Assembly (NCBI GenBank): GCA_965368975.1
Contig: CBDUPA010000020.1
Coordinates: 32,001-96,000 of the forward strand
Source: an uncultured bacterium
GTDB lineage: Bacteria; Acidobacteriota; Thermoanaerobaculia; Multivoradales; JAHZIX01
Length of the DNA: 64,000 bases
Direction of reading: 5' to 3'
The position numbers and the translations under genes are program-made. Each line of letters starts with the position of its first letter. Position 1 is the stretch's first letter. Below, one piece after another: positions 38,858 to 48,159 of the stretch. The notes under the pieces are model-generated. The model was not told the DNA's origin. It made no database searches and worked only from the letters and a program-made list of their open reading frames with translations.

Positions 38858-39499
38858 TCAGCTGAGCTGGACCTTGAATCCTCGTTCGATGCGCCGGACG
38901 AGGTGCTTGAGTTGCTTCTCTAGCTCCGCGACGCGGCGCCGCAGCTCGGCGTCGACCACCGAACCAGAACCAATGGAAGCACCGCCACCAGTGCCGCTCA
39001 GTGGGCTGCGTCCACGACGCGCACGCAGCTCCTTGAACACTGCCACCGACTCGGGGTAGAAGCGGCGCCGGCGGCCGGTACCCTCGTACTTCAGCTTGTC
39101 GGCGTGATTCTTCACGTAGCGCACCAGCGTTGGGTAGGAGATGCCGGTGATTTCGCTGATCTCGGTCAAGGTGAGGAGATCTTTGTTGGCGCCAGCCGTT
39201 TCCTTGCGCGGACTGCGTGCCGCGGCGCGCCGTGGCCCACCTTCTCCCTTGCGGGGACGTCCGCGCCGGCTGATGTTCTCTTCCTTGATCTGTTCGAAGA
39301 CGGGTAGTGCCGACTTGGGGTACCGCTGTCGCCGCCCCTGCCCCACGGAAGGAATACGGCTCTGGTACATCTTCTTGTAGCGCTGCAGCGTCGGCATCGA
39401 GATATCCGTCAAGCGAGAGACTTCGGATAGGGTGTACAGAACGCCTTCGTCTCCGCCGGATTTTTGTTCTTCGTTGCGGCTTTCACTTGCCTCGGCCAT
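38858..39499 (-). CDS. DNA-binding protein with two MerR-like HTH domains, an AT-hook-like motif and a C-terminal coiled coil
   Basis: Internal duplication LYTLSEVSRLTDISMPTLQRY..GQGRRQRYP / LLTLTEISEITGISYPTLVRY..GTGRRRRFYP; RRGRPRK; LRRRVAELEKQLKHL; strong AGGAGG SD. Confidence 0.8.
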   Translation of the reverse strand: MAEASESRNEEQKSGGDEGVLYTLSEVSRLTDISMPTLQRYKKMYQSRIPSVGQGRRQRYPKSALPVFEQIKEENISRRGRPRKGEGGPRRAAARSPRKETAGANKDLLTLTEISEITGISYPTLVRYVKNHADKLKYEGTGRRRRFYPESVAVFKELRARRGRSPLSGTGGGASIGSGSVVDAELRRRVAELEKQLKHLVRRIERGFKVQLS

Positions 39500-39897
39500 G
39501 CCGATTACCTCCTGTGCGGGGGATTGTTGCGGGTATTCGCACCCTAGATCGTGCGGCTGTCCACGCTTGACACCATCCAGCGACGTCTTGTCGTGATTGT
39601 CTTTCGAGACATTAGCCGTACTCTCACTGAGACCTGGTTGTCAGAAGGAAGACCCGATTCTGATCGATCGATCCAGGAACACTGCTAACCTGAACCGCAG
39701 TCGCGGAAACCTTGCCTTCATTTCGATATCTTGAATACGGAACTGAAGTCTCGATCACGAGAGGTCGAGATTCGTTACCGTCGGGATATAGCTACGGCTT
39801 GGATTGTTCCGATCGGAAGGAAGGAGCAACTGGAAATCGGGAGCTTCCGGCGTACCTAGAACCGACCGCATCTCTATTAGAAAAGTATCAACAACCA

Positions 39898-39956
39898 ACC
39901 GGCAGCCTGTCCGCTATTATCAAAAGGAAACCTTCTGATGTCAACAGGCTGCCGGT
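39898..39956 (-). promoter_or_regulatory. Sigma70 promoter enclosed by a perfect 13-bp inverted repeat
   Basis: ACCGGCAGCCTGT (39898-39910) / ACAGGCTGCCGGT (39944-39956); minus-strand TTGACA (39944-39939) - N17 - GATAAT (39921-39916). Confidence 0.7.
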
Positions 39957-40003
39957 GGAAAGAGAAAATTTTTTCTGTGCTGGAGGGATTATGAAGGAAA
40001 GTT

Positions 40004-40477
40004 TCAGTCGAGCGACTGCAAACAGGTCTGAAGGGCGCTGAAATCGGGCAGATCCTTGGGCGTCGGGCATTCCTCGGCGTAACGCACGATACCCTGCTTG
40101 TCGATGACGAAAGCGGCTCGCTTGGATACGCCTTTGAACGGTCCCAGTTCCTCATAGAACACGTCGTACGCGGGGGAGACGGTCTTGTTGAAATCCGACA
40201 GCAGGTCGAAGGGCAGCTTCTCGTGCTCGGACCAGGCCGCCTGCGCGAAGGGGCTATCGATACTGATGCCGAGCACAACAGCGTTCAGTTTGCCGTACTG
40301 CTGGTAAGAGTCACGCAGGTCGCACATCTCGGTGGTGCACACCGGGCTGAACGCGAAGGGATAGAACAAAAGGACGACGTTCTTGTCGCCGCGAAAGCTG
40401 GAGAGCTGCACGGGCTCTTCGCCTTGCGTGCCCTTGAGAGCGAAGTCGGGAGCGGTTGTGCCGGTAGCGATGGCCAT
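40004..40477 (-). CDS. Peroxiredoxin (AhpC/TSA, AhpE/BCP-like)
   Basis: APDFAL, FYPFAFSPVCTTEMC (PxxxSxxC), LLSDF, RAAFVIDKQG. Confidence 0.92.
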   Translation of the reverse strand: MAIATGTTAPDFALKGTQGEEPVQLSSFRGDKNVVLLFYPFAFSPVCTTEMCDLRDSYQQYGKLNAVVLGISIDSPFAQAAWSEHEKLPFDLLSDFNKTVSPAYDVFYEELGPFKGVSKRAAFVIDKQGIVRYAEECPTPKDLPDFSALQTCLQSLD

Positions 40478-40657
40478 GATGTGAATCCTCCTGAACGTTG
40501 CGCCGGACGGTCTACTGTCCGACGGGTGTGGGTCTGTGTTCGTGTTGCGGTGCGATTCGTGTTGTGAGGCTAGGAGTGCAGAGCCGGATGGCTCGAAATC
40601 GGGAAGGTACGGATCGGGGTGGGAGCGGAGGGCAGATCGGTCGACCCGCGTGCGGAA

Positions 40658-41488
40658 TCATACCGGATTCTCTGTTGCTGGCGCGTCGCCGGAATCGAGC
40701 TCCTCGGACCAGGCGTCACCCAGGAAGTTCAAGGCCATGACGGTACACAGAATGGCGAGACCGGGGAACAGCGCGATGTGCGGCGCGTCCAGCAGGTGGC
40801 CACGACCAGCGTTGATCATTGCGCCCCACGACGGTGTCGGCGGCTGGATACCCAGGCCCAGGAACGACAATCCTGCTTCCGCCAAGATGGCTCCGGCCAT
40901 GCCGAGACTGGCCTGTACGGTGAGTGTCGGCAGGATGTTCGGCAGCACGTGGACACGCAGGATTCGTGGTGTAGACAGGCCGGCGGATCTAGCTGCCAGC
41001 ACGAAGTCGAGGTTCTTGAGCTGCAGCGTTTGGCCGCGTGCCAGCCGCGCGTAGCCCACCCAGCCGATCGCCACCAAGGCCACCACGACATGGCGCAGGG
41101 CAGGACCCAGCACGGCAACCAGTGCGATGGCCAGCAGGATGCCGGGGAAGGCCAGGAAGACGTCTGTCATGCGCATGAGCCAGGCGTCGATCCGGCCGCC
41201 GAAGTAGCCGGCGAGCATGCCGATGGTGGCACCGACGCTTCCCGCCAGTAGCACCACTGAGAAGCCGACGGCGAGCGATACACGGGCTCCGAACAGCAGG
41301 CGCGAGAGGATGTCGCGTCCCAGTTCGTCGAGACCCAGAGGGTGTTGCCACGACGGGCCCTCGAGGCGTCGTTCCAGCTGTTGGGCCGCGGGATCTCCGG
41401 GCGCCAGCCAGGGCGCCAGCAGGGCAGCGATCAAGGTCAACAAGAGCACCGCGGCGCCGGTGCGCAGCTTCAGCCGACCGCGACTCAC
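40658..41488 (-). CDS. Peptide/nickel ABC transporter permease (DppC/OppC-like)
   Basis: HPLGLDELGRDILSR, EAA-like loop, EAGLSFLGLG..PSWG. Confidence 0.92.
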   Translation of the reverse strand: MSRGRLKLRTGAAVLLLTLIAALLAPWLAPGDPAAQQLERRLEGPSWQHPLGLDELGRDILSRLLFGARVSLAVGFSVVLLAGSVGATIGMLAGYFGGRIDAWLMRMTDVFLAFPGILLAIALVAVLGPALRHVVVALVAIGWVGYARLARGQTLQLKNLDFVLAARSAGLSTPRILRVHVLPNILPTLTVQASLGMAGAILAEAGLSFLGLGIQPPTPSWGAMINAGRGHLLDAPHIALFPGLAILCTVMALNFLGDAWSEELDSGDAPATENPV

Positions 41489-42441
41489 GCCCCGGCCTCC
41501 ACGGTTGAGCTACTGCGCTGGCGGATGCGAGGATCCAGCCAGCCGTACAGCAAGTCGGTCAGCAAATTGACGGCGACGTAAGTCCAGGCGATCAGAAGGA
41601 CACCGCCCTGCAGTAATGGGTAGTCGCGCAAGCGAATCGCCTGAATGAGAAGCCTACCGAGGCCGGGCCAGGAGAAGATGGTCTCGGTGATGATGGCGCC
41701 GGTGAGCAGCGCGCCGAACTGCAAGCCGACCACCGTCAGGACCGGAATCAGCGCGTTGCGCAGTGCGTGCCGCAGCACCGCGTGGGTGCGACTGAGACCC
41801 TTGGCACGAGCCGTGTCGACGTAGGGCTTACGCAACTCTGTGAGCAGAGACGCGCGCGTCATCCGCGTGAGCAAGCCGGCGAGCGCGGTGCCCAGCGTGA
41901 CCGCTGGTAACACCAGGCTGGCCGAGATACCACCGTCGGCGCGTCCCGACACCGGCAGCAGGTCCAGCTGGATCGCGAACAGCAGCATCAGCATCGGTCC
42001 GAGCCAGAAGTTGGGTAGCGATACGCCGAGCAGCGCGAAGAAGCGTGAGCCGTGATCGACGATTCCGTCGCGGTAGAGCGCTGCCAACACACCGAGCGGC
42101 AGGGCCAGCCCCAACGCTACCAGCATTGCTGCAAGCGCTAGCTCCAGCGTCGCGGGGAAGTGCTGCAGCAACACCTGGCGAACCGGCCGGTCGAAGTGCA
42201 GCGACGTTCCCAGATCGCCGTGCACCAAGCCAGCAAGGAAGCTGAAGTACTGTTCCGGCAGTGGCCGATCGAGGCCCAGCCGCTGGCGCAGTGCCTCGAC
42301 ATCTCCGGGCCGGGCCCCCTCCCCTAGCATCATCTCGACCGGATCACCGGGGATCAGATGCACCAGGGAGAAGACGAGGGTCGCCACCAGCAGCGCTACC
42401 GGAATCGCCTGCAACAAGCGTCGCGCCACGAAACTCGCCAT
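41485..42441 (-). CDS. Peptide/nickel ABC transporter permease (DppB/NikB-like)
   Basis: PGDP, GDLGTS, TARAKGL..HALRNA, ETIFSWPGLG, DPRIR; start ATG 42441. Confidence 0.92.
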   Translation of the reverse strand: MASFVARRLLQAIPVALLVATLVFSLVHLIPGDPVEMMLGEGARPGDVEALRQRLGLDRPLPEQYFSFLAGLVHGDLGTSLHFDRPVRQVLLQHFPATLELALAAMLVALGLALPLGVLAALYRDGIVDHGSRFFALLGVSLPNFWLGPMLMLLFAIQLDLLPVSGRADGGISASLVLPAVTLGTALAGLLTRMTRASLLTELRKPYVDTARAKGLSRTHAVLRHALRNALIPVLTVVGLQFGALLTGAIITETIFSWPGLGRLLIQAIRLRDYPLLQGGVLLIAWTYVAVNLLTDLLYGWLDPRIRQRSSSTVEAGA

Positions 42442-42529
42442 GGGTGCACTGTAGCGCACAACCGCCGGCCCACGTACCAAGGGCCGTGATCCAGGTGCGC
42501 GCGTCGCCTCAGGCAGGCCGGGCGAACGC

Positions 42530-45500
42530 TCAGAGAAGATCGAGCTGGCGCACCAGGTAGGACAGTGCCTGACGCGTCAGACCCAACTGCCGAGCTGCCG
42601 CGGCTTGATTGCCTCCGCTCGCCTCGAGCGCCTCGTGCACCAGCCGCCGCCGGAAGGCCTCGACCTGCTGGTGGTAGTCCCCGCTGGGCGCGGAGGTGCC
42701 CTGGGTCTCGCCGAGGTCGAGGTGCTGCGCGGTCACGGTGCCCTCCTGCGCCAGCGCCGCCGCGACGTGCATCACATTCTGCAACTCGCGCACGTTGCCG
42801 GGCCAAGGGTACCGCCGCAACGCCTCGCGGGCGCCGGCCTCCAATGACGGAGCCTCGGCAGACGGCGTGCCGCCCCTGTCCGGGCGGCGCTCGTCGTGCA
42901 GACGGCACTGACGCAGGAAGTGCTCGGCCAGCAACAGCACATCATCGCCGCGTTGGCGTAGCGGCGGCAGTTCGATCGCGGCTACCTTGAGGCGGAAGAA
43001 GAGATCCTGCCGGAAGCTACCCGCCTCGACCATCTCGGCCAGATCGCGGTGCGTCGCAGTGATCACCCGCACGTCGACCTTGCGCGCTTGGCTCTCACCC
43101 AGCCTCCGGATCTCGCCCTCTTGGAGCACGCGCAACAACATGCCTTGTGCAGTGGCCGGCAAGTCGCCGATCTCATCCAGGAAGACGGTGCCGCCGCCCG
43201 CTGCCTCGAAGATACCGGCGCGTTCCTGGTCCGCGCCGGTGAAGGCGCCGCGCGCGTGGCCGAAGAGATCCGACAGCACCAGCGTCTCGGACAGCGCGGC
43301 GCAGTTCAGCGGCAGGAACTTCTCTCGGCAGCGCCGGCTCAGCCGATGCGCCCAGCGTGCCGCCAACTCTTTGCCCGTGCCGCTTTCGCCACGCAGCAGC
43401 AAGGGCAGATCACCGGCCGCCAGCAGGCGCAAGCGGTCGAGGCATCGACGCAGCTCTGGGCTGTCCCCGAGCATGCCGGCATCGCGCGCGCTGCTCCGTT
43501 CGACCCGACGGGTACCCGAGTCTGGAGGTTCCAGATCGCGCACGATCAACGCCAGAAGAGCGCGTGCGGTGTTGTCCGTCGCGGGTGTGCGCAGCTGCCA
43601 GCAGCCGGCCGGCAGGGGCCACTCGAGAACGTCAACCGAGGTCGGCGTGTCTGCTGCGCCCGAGTCACGCCGAGTCGCCGCGAGGACCCGACGTGGGGCT
43701 TCGCCGAGTCCCTGCCACCACAGTTCGGCCGCGGCGTGCCCGCAGGCAGCGAAGACGTCGCTCAGCATTCCAGGGCGATCGGCGGTGTCTGCGCGCCAGT
43801 AGCGCTCCAGTGCCTGCCACGGACCCTGGTCCCGCAGTTCCAGGTGACTCGCCGCACCATCGGCCCCGAGTCCGCGCAGCCATTGCGCGGCCCGCCGTCG
43901 TCGGCTCGGCGGAACACTGCCGGGACGCAGGAGTTCGAAGTCGAAGACCAGGCGCGCGGCGCGGAAGGGCTCCAGGTCGTCCACGATCTTCCAGGCTGTT
44001 TCCGGTAGCTCCTTTCCGGACAGCAAGCCGGTCCACAGGTCGGCGTACGGTGTGCCGGCGGCCGCCGCCAGGGCCTCGTCCAACAGACCGGCGGCAGCGA
44101 GCACAGCGGGTCTTTCTTCGGGCTCCAGCTCGCTCAGTGCCTGCTTGCCGCCTGCTTCGAGCTCTCGTGCCGCCGCCGCGGTGTGGCCAAGCCAACCATG
44201 AGCGCGGGCCGCCAGCACGCGCAGCGTTTCCGGTATCCGCCAGTCCGGTGCCAGCTGGTACAGCCGGTCCTGGGCTTCGCGCAGGTGGGCCAGGGCGGCC
44301 TCTGCCCGTCCGAGGGTCAGCTCGTAGCGCGCCCACAGGCCGTAGTCGTAGAGGCTGCTGCGCAGATTGCCTGACCGGCGACTGGCCGCGCTGCTGCGCT
44401 CCAGGCTCGCACGTACACCGCGCAACCGACCGCGCCGTAACCGGATCTCGGCCAGGTTGGCGCGGGCAATGGTGTCGCGGCGCGGGTCCTGGGTCGAGGC
44501 GAACAGGCGCTGGGTGTGACGAAATGCGCGCTCGGCTGCCGCCAGGTCTCCGCGCTGCGCCCGGCTCATGCCGAGGTCGTTCCACAACCCGGCCGCCTCG
44601 AAGCCGCGCAGCTGTCGCCGGTGGAGGCGCAACGCCTGGCTCAGCCATTCCTCGGCACCGGATGCATTGTCCTCGAGCAGTGCCTGCAAGGCGCGCACCT
44701 GATGCCAGCGCCAACCCAGCTCAGCATGGTCGCGGGCGGTTTCCACCCGCTCCAGCCAGGTGCGCAAAGCGTCGGCGTCGTCGAGGTCCCAGGCGATCTC
44801 GGCAGCGAGCAGGCCCGCCCGAAGACGCACATCGTTCTCCGACGCAGACTGGGCCAGCTCAGTGAGCGTGTCGAGCTGCTGCTGTAGCGCTGGCCGTTGT
44901 GCCATGGCCGCCAGGCACCGGCTGCCGATCTCGATCAGCTCGACGCGCTCGGCGTCGTCTGTAGGAGCCGCGCGCAGCCGTCGCACACCGTCCAGGGCCG
45001 CACCGCGCTCCCCGAGATAGTACTGACTCCAGGCGCGCAGCCGTCGGGCGGCGGCGGAGCGCGCTCCTTTCAGGTGTGTCAGCACATCCTGGAAGCGGCC
45101 AGCCTCGAACGCCTGCTGGGCCAGTAGCAGCCGCTGGGGAGCGGCGACTTTGGTGGCGGCTTTCTGGGTCATTCCATCGGTGATACTCGTGCTCGCCGCC
45201 GGTTTCTTGGAACTGGCCCGCGGACTCCAGTAACGGTCTCCTTGTTGCAGTCGCTCCAGGACCACCTCGAACGCGCCTTCCGGTGCTGCCGGCAAGCCGC
45301 GCAGCAGTGCGTCCCGTGTCGCTTTCGGGCCGACGACGGACAGCTCGCACGGCAACGGTTCAGACCCGCTTTCCTCAACACCGGGTGCAGCCGGGTAGCG
45401 CAGGAAAGCGGCGAGAGCAGTGCGTACACCAGCGAAGGCCGAGGTGGCCAGGAAGGGGGCTCCCTCCATGATCTGCTCGACGGCCCGGGTCGCAGGTAAG

Positions 45501-45889
45501 GGCGTCAAGGTCTGACGCCAGTCCTCGAGCAACCTGCGGGCGAATCCGCGTGCCTGGCCCCGTCCGCGCGGCTCACCGCCAAACAGGCTCTCCAGGAAAG
45601 CCGCCAGGCGCTTCTGCGGCAGCTCGACATCCTGCCCTGGTTCGGCACTCTCGGTCACCACCAGGCATCCAGATGAGTCGACAGCGGCGGCTGGCAGCGG
45701 CATCGTCAGGTGCCAGCCAGCACGCTGCAAGTGCGCCATCAGTGCGGCCGCCTGGAGTACTAGCGAAATCTTCTGACGATCGCTCAGTAGCGCCTGCCCC
45801 ACAGGTGTCGACGAACCACCCTCACCGTCTTTCCCGGCGCTCCGGAAGCAGCAGTGTTCGATTGCGGTGGCGGTCCGGAGTTCTGTCAT
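42530..45889 (-). CDS. Large sigma54-dependent enhancer-binding protein with TPR-like N-terminal region
   Basis: C-terminal GESGTGKE, DLFGHARGAFTGA, FLDEIG, WPGNVREL, Fis HTH; helical TPR-like repeats; ATG 45889 overlaps the aroA stop (TGATG). Confidence 0.88.
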   Translation of the reverse strand: MTELRTATAIEHCCFRSAGKDGEGGSSTPVGQALLSDRQKISLVLQAAALMAHLQRAGWHLTMPLPAAAVDSSGCLVVTESAEPGQDVELPQKRLAAFLESLFGGEPRGRGQARGFARRLLEDWRQTLTPLPATRAVEQIMEGAPFLATSAFAGVRTALAAFLRYPAAPGVEESGSEPLPCELSVVGPKATRDALLRGLPAAPEGAFEVVLERLQQGDRYWSPRASSKKPAASTSITDGMTQKAATKVAAPQRLLLAQQAFEAGRFQDVLTHLKGARSAAARRLRAWSQYYLGERGAALDGVRRLRAAPTDDAERVELIEIGSRCLAAMAQRPALQQQLDTLTELAQSASENDVRLRAGLLAAEIAWDLDDADALRTWLERVETARDHAELGWRWHQVRALQALLEDNASGAEEWLSQALRLHRRQLRGFEAAGLWNDLGMSRAQRGDLAAAERAFRHTQRLFASTQDPRRDTIARANLAEIRLRRGRLRGVRASLERSSAASRRSGNLRSSLYDYGLWARYELTLGRAEAALAHLREAQDRLYQLAPDWRIPETLRVLAARAHGWLGHTAAAARELEAGGKQALSELEPEERPAVLAAAGLLDEALAAAAGTPYADLWTGLLSGKELPETAWKIVDDLEPFRAARLVFDFELLRPGSVPPSRRRRAAQWLRGLGADGAASHLELRDQGPWQALERYWRADTADRPGMLSDVFAACGHAAAELWWQGLGEAPRRVLAATRRDSGAADTPTSVDVLEWPLPAGCWQLRTPATDNTARALLALIVRDLEPPDSGTRRVERSSARDAGMLGDSPELRRCLDRLRLLAAGDLPLLLRGESGTGKELAARWAHRLSRRCREKFLPLNCAALSETLVLSDLFGHARGAFTGADQERAGIFEAAGGGTVFLDEIGDLPATAQGMLLRVLQEGEIRRLGESQARKVDVRVITATHRDLAEMVEAGSFRQDLFFRLKVAAIELPPLRQRGDDVLLLAEHFLRQCRLHDERRPDRGGTPSAEAPSLEAGAREALRRYPWPGNVRELQNVMHVAAALAQEGTVTAQHLDLGETQGTSAPSGDYHQQVEAFRRRLVHEALEASGGNQAAAARQLGLTRQALSYLVRQLDLL

Positions 45890-47286
45890 CAAGAGAGCAA
45901 CCCTCCCAGGTCGCGCCAAAAGCCGGGGTAGGACTTGGCGACCACTCTGGGCTGGCGCACCACGACGCCGCCGCGCCGCAGGCCCACCAGGGCCAGACTC
46001 ATAGCGATCCGGTGGTCGTCCCACGTATCGACGGCGATAGACTCTCTAGTGTCCTCCGGGACTCCCGAAGCCCAGACGCCGGGAATCACCAGGCCGTCCT
46101 CCAGCTCTTCGACCACCGCCCCAAGCCGCCGTAGCTCTGTCGCCATGGCGCGCAGCCGGTCGCTCTCCTTGATCCGCAGGTGCGCGACGTTGCGAATGTG
46201 GGTCGTTCCCTGGGCGAACGGAGCCAGTGCGGCGAGCGTCGGCACCTGGTCCGGCATCGAGCCGAGATCGGTGTCAACCGCGCGCAGCCGTCCCGATCCA
46301 TGCACCGTGACCCCGTCCTTGCCCCACGTGACCTCGGCCCCCATGCGCTCGAGCAGATCGAAGAAGCCGCGGTCGCCCTGTCGAGAGCCGCGTAGGACTC
46401 CCTCGATTGCCACCTCGCCCCCGAGTGCTGCTGCTGCCGCCGGATAGCAGGCAGCCGAAAAATCGCCCTCGACGCGCAATGGCTCCGACGGGAAGGCGAG
46501 GCCAGGTTGGACGTGGAAGTGGTCGAATCCCTGCGCCGTCTTCGAGTGCTCGATACGGCCGGCGAAGTGGCGGGCGGCGTCGAGCGTCAGGTCGAGATAG
46601 GGCGACGACGCCAGCGCTGTGACGGTGACATCGAGCGCCGCTGGGGCGCGCAAGCCAGCGAGTAGCAGGGCCGACAGGTACTGACTCGACTGGCCGGCAT
46701 CGAGCCGTGTCGGGCCACCGGTGAGGCTGCCACCCTCGATGTCTAGGGGTGGATGGCCGCTGTCGCCCAGGCAGCGGACGCGGGCGCCCAGAGGCGCCAG
46801 GGCGTCGAGCAGCGGACCCACTGGCCGTTCGCGCAGCCGCTGTGTGCCGTCCAGGCGCCAGTGACCGGGCAGGGCTGTCAAGATGCCGGTGAGCAGGCGG
46901 CACAGGGTACCGGCGTTGCCGCAGAAGAGGTCGGTGGTCTCGGTGGCGTGATCTTGTGCACCCACGGGTGCGGGCGGCGGCGTCAGCTCCGCGTCGAGCG
47001 AGTCGTGATCCGGCCGCGTCGACGTCTCGACTCCCCAACCCGCGGCGCGCAGCACGCCGAGAAAGAGCTGGATGTCTTCAGCGTCGAGCAGCGACTCAAC
47101 GCGCCGGGGCCAGCTCGACACCGCGGGATCATCGCCAGCGTTGGCGAGCCAAGTCAGCGCAAGATAGCGGTGGCTGACACTCTTCGAGGGGGGGGCCTTC
47201 ACGCGACCCGCGACCCCCCGTCCGGGTTCGCTCACCGGGATCGATAGCTCCTCGGGCAGGGCGTCGAAGTGCGGGAAGTCAGCCAT
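45889..47286 (-). CDS. aroA: 3-phosphoshikimate 1-carboxyvinyltransferase
   Basis: PPSKSVSHR, CGNAGT, SSQYLSA, LRIKESDR, DDHRIAM, KSYPGF. Confidence 0.96.
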   Translation of the reverse strand: MADFPHFDALPEELSIPVSEPGRGVAGRVKAPPSKSVSHRYLALTWLANAGDDPAVSSWPRRVESLLDAEDIQLFLGVLRAAGWGVETSTRPDHDSLDAELTPPPAPVGAQDHATETTDLFCGNAGTLCRLLTGILTALPGHWRLDGTQRLRERPVGPLLDALAPLGARVRCLGDSGHPPLDIEGGSLTGGPTRLDAGQSSQYLSALLLAGLRAPAALDVTVTALASSPYLDLTLDAARHFAGRIEHSKTAQGFDHFHVQPGLAFPSEPLRVEGDFSAACYPAAAAALGGEVAIEGVLRGSRQGDRGFFDLLERMGAEVTWGKDGVTVHGSGRLRAVDTDLGSMPDQVPTLAALAPFAQGTTHIRNVAHLRIKESDRLRAMATELRRLGAVVEELEDGLVIPGVWASGVPEDTRESIAVDTWDDHRIAMSLALVGLRRGGVVVRQPRVVAKSYPGFWRDLGGLLS

Positions 47287-48094
47287 GCTCGCCCATTCCC
47301 GTGACTTCGAAGCTGAGACCGTCGTAGCCGAACGCGACCCCCTGCGGTAGCTCGATCTCCGGCCGTGCGTGGTCGATCTCGTGCGTCATGTGGGTGAACC
47401 AAGTGCGTCGAGCACCGATGCGCGCGGCCGCCGCGATCGCCTCGGCAACGCTGAAATGCGTCGTATGGGAACGGTAGCGCAGCGCACCGAGAATCAGTGT
47501 GTCGACGCCCGCGAGCAAGTCGAAGCTCGCCTCCGGGATGTGGCTGCAGTCGGTGACGTAGGCGAAGTCGCCGAAGCGGAAACCCAGCACGGGCATCGAG
47601 CCGTGCAGCACCGGGATCGGTATCACGGGCTGCTCGGCGGCGGTGAAGGGACCGTCGATGGTATGCACCGTCAGCTGCGGCACGCCGCCGCCTTCCACCG
47701 GGCCCGTGTCGAAGACGTAGGCGAAGGACGTGCGAATGCGCTGCAAGGTCTCGGCGGAGCCGTAGCACGGGATCGATGTGCCTTGCCTGAAGTTGAAGGG
47801 CCGCACGTCGTCCAGACCGTGGATGTGGTCGGCGTGGGCGTGGGTGAAGAGCACGGCATCGAGGCGTCGCAGGCCGGCGCGCAAGACTTGCTGGCGCAGA
47901 TCGGGGCCGGTATCGATCAAGATGGCGCGCTCCGCGTCGCCTTCAGCCATGTCTTCGGCTCGCCAGCGAACGAGCACCGACGCGCGCAGCCGCTGATTGT
48001 GCGGGTCGCCTGAAGTACAGACCGCACAATCGCAGCCGATCATCGGCACGCCGTTGGAGGTTCCGCTACCCAGCATGGTAATTCTCAGAGTCAC
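47279..48094 (-). CDS. Metallo-beta-lactamase-fold hydrolase (PhnP-like phosphodiesterase)
   Basis: LGSGTSNGVP..CDCAVC, THAHADHIHG, YVTD, HF, THMTH, YDG. Confidence 0.9.
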   Translation of the reverse strand: MTLRITMLGSGTSNGVPMIGCDCAVCTSGDPHNQRLRASVLVRWRAEDMAEGDAERAILIDTGPDLRQQVLRAGLRRLDAVLFTHAHADHIHGLDDVRPFNFRQGTSIPCYGSAETLQRIRTSFAYVFDTGPVEGGGVPQLTVHTIDGPFTAAEQPVIPIPVLHGSMPVLGFRFGDFAYVTDCSHIPEASFDLLAGVDTLILGALRYRSHTTHFSVAEAIAAAARIGARRTWFTHMTHEIDHARPEIELPQGVAFGYDGLSFEVTGMGEHG

Positions 48095-48159
48095 AGTGAG
48101 TGTACTCCCGAAATTCTACCCGAGGAAAGGGAAGTCCTAGTGCGACTCATGAGCAGGAT

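Noticed and set aside
39712-40041. 109-aa plus-strand ORF in the AT-rich intergenic region
   Set aside because: TTG start, no SD, atypical codon usage, and it overlaps the promoter/inverted repeat and the peroxiredoxin 3' end.
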